Translations under genes and position numbers: made by a program
Shown: positions 62,697 through 64,000 of the stretch, one piece after another
How positions within the stretch are numbered: position 1 is the stretch's first letter
Layout: the number at the start of each line of letters is the position of its first letter
The notes under the pieces: model-generated
What the model was told of the DNA's origin: nothing
The model's database searches: none
The model's input: only the letters and a program-made list of their open reading frames with translations
Origin: Thermoleophilaceae bacterium
Lineage (GTDB): Bacteria > Actinomycetota > Thermoleophilia > Solirubrobacterales > Thermoleophilaceae
Assembly (NCBI GenBank): GCA_025928345.1
Contig: JAICJR010000001.1
Coordinates: 727 to 64,726 of the forward strand
Direction: 5' to 3'
DNA: 64,000 bases

Positions 62697-63298
62697 GACG
62701 GCTCGCGCTCGCCGCACTTGTCGTCGCGCTCCTCCTCCCAGCGGCCGCAACCGCCGCCCCGCCGGTCGTCGGCGGCACGAGCTTCAACGACGCCGCACTG
62801 CTCACGCCAGGCACATTCGCCGACGCGCTCGACACGGGAAGCACCGTCTTCTACAAGGTCGACCTCGCGCGAGGTCAGCGGCTCGACGCAAGCGCCTCAC
62901 TCGATGTGAGCGGGCTCGACGCCTCGCTCACCGGCACCTCCAGCCTGATGCTCAGGCTCTACGGCCCGCTGCGCGGGCAGGACGCCGAGGCGCAGACGCT
63001 CGGCCCCGGCGACTCCGCCACGCACCTCAAGACCACCAGCGCGCAGATCGGCCCGGTGAAGGACCCGGGCACCTACTACGTCTCCGCCGGCGTGAACGAT
63101 TTCCTGCCCCAGGGCAGCGCGAAGGCGCAGCTCCCGCTCGCGCTGTCGATCGGGGTCGGCACCGGCAAGGCGGCGCCGAAGCGCAGCGTGCGCCTGGCCT
63201 CCGCCGGCGCCGGCACGAGCTGGGCCGTCCTCGTCGGCCTGTGTGCCGCGGGCGTCGTGCTCGGGGCCGCGGGCGGGCTTCTCTTCCGCCGCCGGTAG
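62693..63298 (+). CDS. secreted, C-terminally membrane-anchored protein paralogous to the C-terminal half of the preceding vWA protein
   Basis: ATG 62693 forms an ATGA overlap with the vWA stop. A signal peptide MRRLALAALVVALLLPAAATA is followed by GGTSFNDAALLTPGTFADALDTGSTVFYKVDLARGQRLDASASL. This aligns with GGLEESQGTPVAPGEYVDTIAPDTERWYHVSVPQGQVLSAAATL in the upstream protein. A C-terminal TM helix plus RRR tail ends the protein. Confidence 0.6.
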   Translation: MRRLALAALVVALLLPAAATAAPPVVGGTSFNDAALLTPGTFADALDTGSTVFYKVDLARGQRLDASASLDVSGLDASLTGTSSLMLRLYGPLRGQDAEAQTLGPGDSATHLKTTSAQIGPVKDPGTYYVSAGVNDFLPQGSAKAQLPLALSIGVGTGKAAPKRSVRLASAGAGTSWAVLVGLCAAGVVLGAAGGLLFRRR

Positions 63299-63309
63299 GC
63301 TGCCGGGCC

Positions 63310-64000
63310 ATGAGCCAGATCGAGCGCGTGGCATTCCTCGGCATGGGGATCATGGGCTCCCGCATGGCGGCCAACGTGGCGCTGGGCGAGTTCGAGGTGC
63401 GGGTGTGGAACCGAACGCGCGAGCGCGCCGAGCGCGTGGCCGAAGCCACCGGCGCCGGCCTCGCCGACACGCCGGCCGACGCCGCCCGCGGCGCCGACGC
63501 CGTGATCACGATGGTCGTGGACTCGCCCGAGGTGGAGGCCGTGCTGTTCGGCCCCGACGGCGCGGCAGCCGCGCTCGACGAGGGGGCGCTCGTGATCGAC
63601 ATGTCGACCATCGCCCCGAAGGCCGTAGCCTCGATCGGCGAGCGGCTCGCCGAGAACGGCATCGGCTTCATCGACGCCCCGGTGAGCGGCTCGAGCCCTA
63701 AGGCCGAAGACGGCACGCTCACGATCATGGTGGGCGCCTCACCCGAGGACTACGAGCGCGCGCTGCCGCTGCTCGAGTCGATGGGCGAGCTGATCGTGCA
63801 CTGCGGCCCGAGCGGCCACGGCCAGATGGTCAAGCTGCTCAACAACACGCTCGCCGCCACGAACGCGGCGGTGCTCGGGGAGGCCATCGCGGTGGCCCGG
63901 AAGGCGAACCTCGACCTCGACGCGCTCCTGCGCGTGGTGGGCGCCAGCTCGGGCAACTCCACGATGCTCCAGCTCAAGGCCAAACCCATGATCGAGCACG
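63310..64000 (+). CDS. NAD(P)-dependent 3-hydroxyisobutyrate / 6-phosphogluconate dehydrogenase-family oxidoreductase (5' part; runs off the right edge)
   Basis: Absent from the ORF track because there is no stop in the window. My translation from ATG 63310 is MSQIERVAFLGMGIMGSRMAANVALGEFEVRVWNRTRERAE...VIDMSTIAPKAVASIGERLAENGIGFIDAPVSGSSPKAEDGTLTIMVGAS...GHGQMVKLLNNTL.... These are the classic beta-hydroxyacid dehydrogenase motifs. Confidence 0.88.
   Translation, partial: MSQIERVAFLGMGIMGSRMAANVALGEFEVRVWNRTRERAERVAEATGAGLADTPADAARGADAVITMVVDSPEVEAVLFGPDGAAAALDEGALVIDMSTIAPKAVASIGERLAENGIGFIDAPVSGSSPKAEDGTLTIMVGASPEDYERALPLLESMGELIVHCGPSGHGQMVKLLNNTLAATNAAVLGEAIAVARKANLDLDALLRVVGASSGNSTMLQLKAKPMIEH

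Noticed and set aside
1-64000. Screen for tRNA/rRNA genes, CRISPR arrays, transposases, integrases, phage or toxin-antitoxin and defence-island genes
   Set aside because: No intergenic segment shows tRNA-like T-arm (GGTTCGAATCC-type) or rRNA sequence. No repeat-spacer architecture is present. No translated ORF shows DDE/tyrosine/serine recombinase, capsid/terminase or typical defence-system motifs. The window reads as core chromosome.

Overview
Very GC-rich bacterial chromosome segment (about 70% G+C by eye; not computed). Almost every real gene is shadowed by long Arg/Ala/Pro-rich antisense ORFs. Gene content and order (infA, csp, glmS-acpS-nnr-alr, glmM, rplM-rpsI, guaB3-guaA, a SigB/F-type sigma factor, murI, murJ, MMPL/MarR, a SARP-type regulator) point to an Actinomycetota-like organism, possibly a deep lineage such as Thermoleophilia or Rubrobacteria; this is inference only. 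I support about 62 protein-coding genes, two of them truncated at the window edges and absent from the ORF track. I also support one c-di-AMP (ydaO-type) riboswitch and several short repeats or hairpins. I see no rRNA, tRNA, CRISPR array, transposase, integrase or prophage genes. The window is mostly core housekeeping: cell-envelope precursor synthesis, nucleotide metabolism, translation and metal homeostasis. I found no clear-cut novel multi-gene system. The best candidates for a second look are listed here. (1) A four-gene operon Roadblock/LC7 - 70-aa ORF - TldD - PmbA, joined by three GTGA overlaps. (2) A MalT-like STAND ATPase with a C-terminal rather than N-terminal SARP module, preceded by five tandem GGTGACY heptamers and divergent from an HpaB/HpaC monooxygenase pair. 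(3) The ydaO riboswitch feeding an M23 peptidase whose signal peptide has no ATG/GTG/TTG start. (4) pyrF, whose conserved N-terminus also has no canonical start. (5) Ribosomal protein S9 with a roughly 176-aa acidic N-terminal extension. (6) An orphan Flp-type pilin-like gene beside a GGSEF/EAL c-di-GMP protein. (7) A dispersed TACTCCC-type intergenic repeat or hairpin family. (8) A vWA plus paralogous membrane-anchored protein pair coupled to hydantoinase A/B genes. All functional calls rest on motifs recognised by eye in the translations; no database search was possible.
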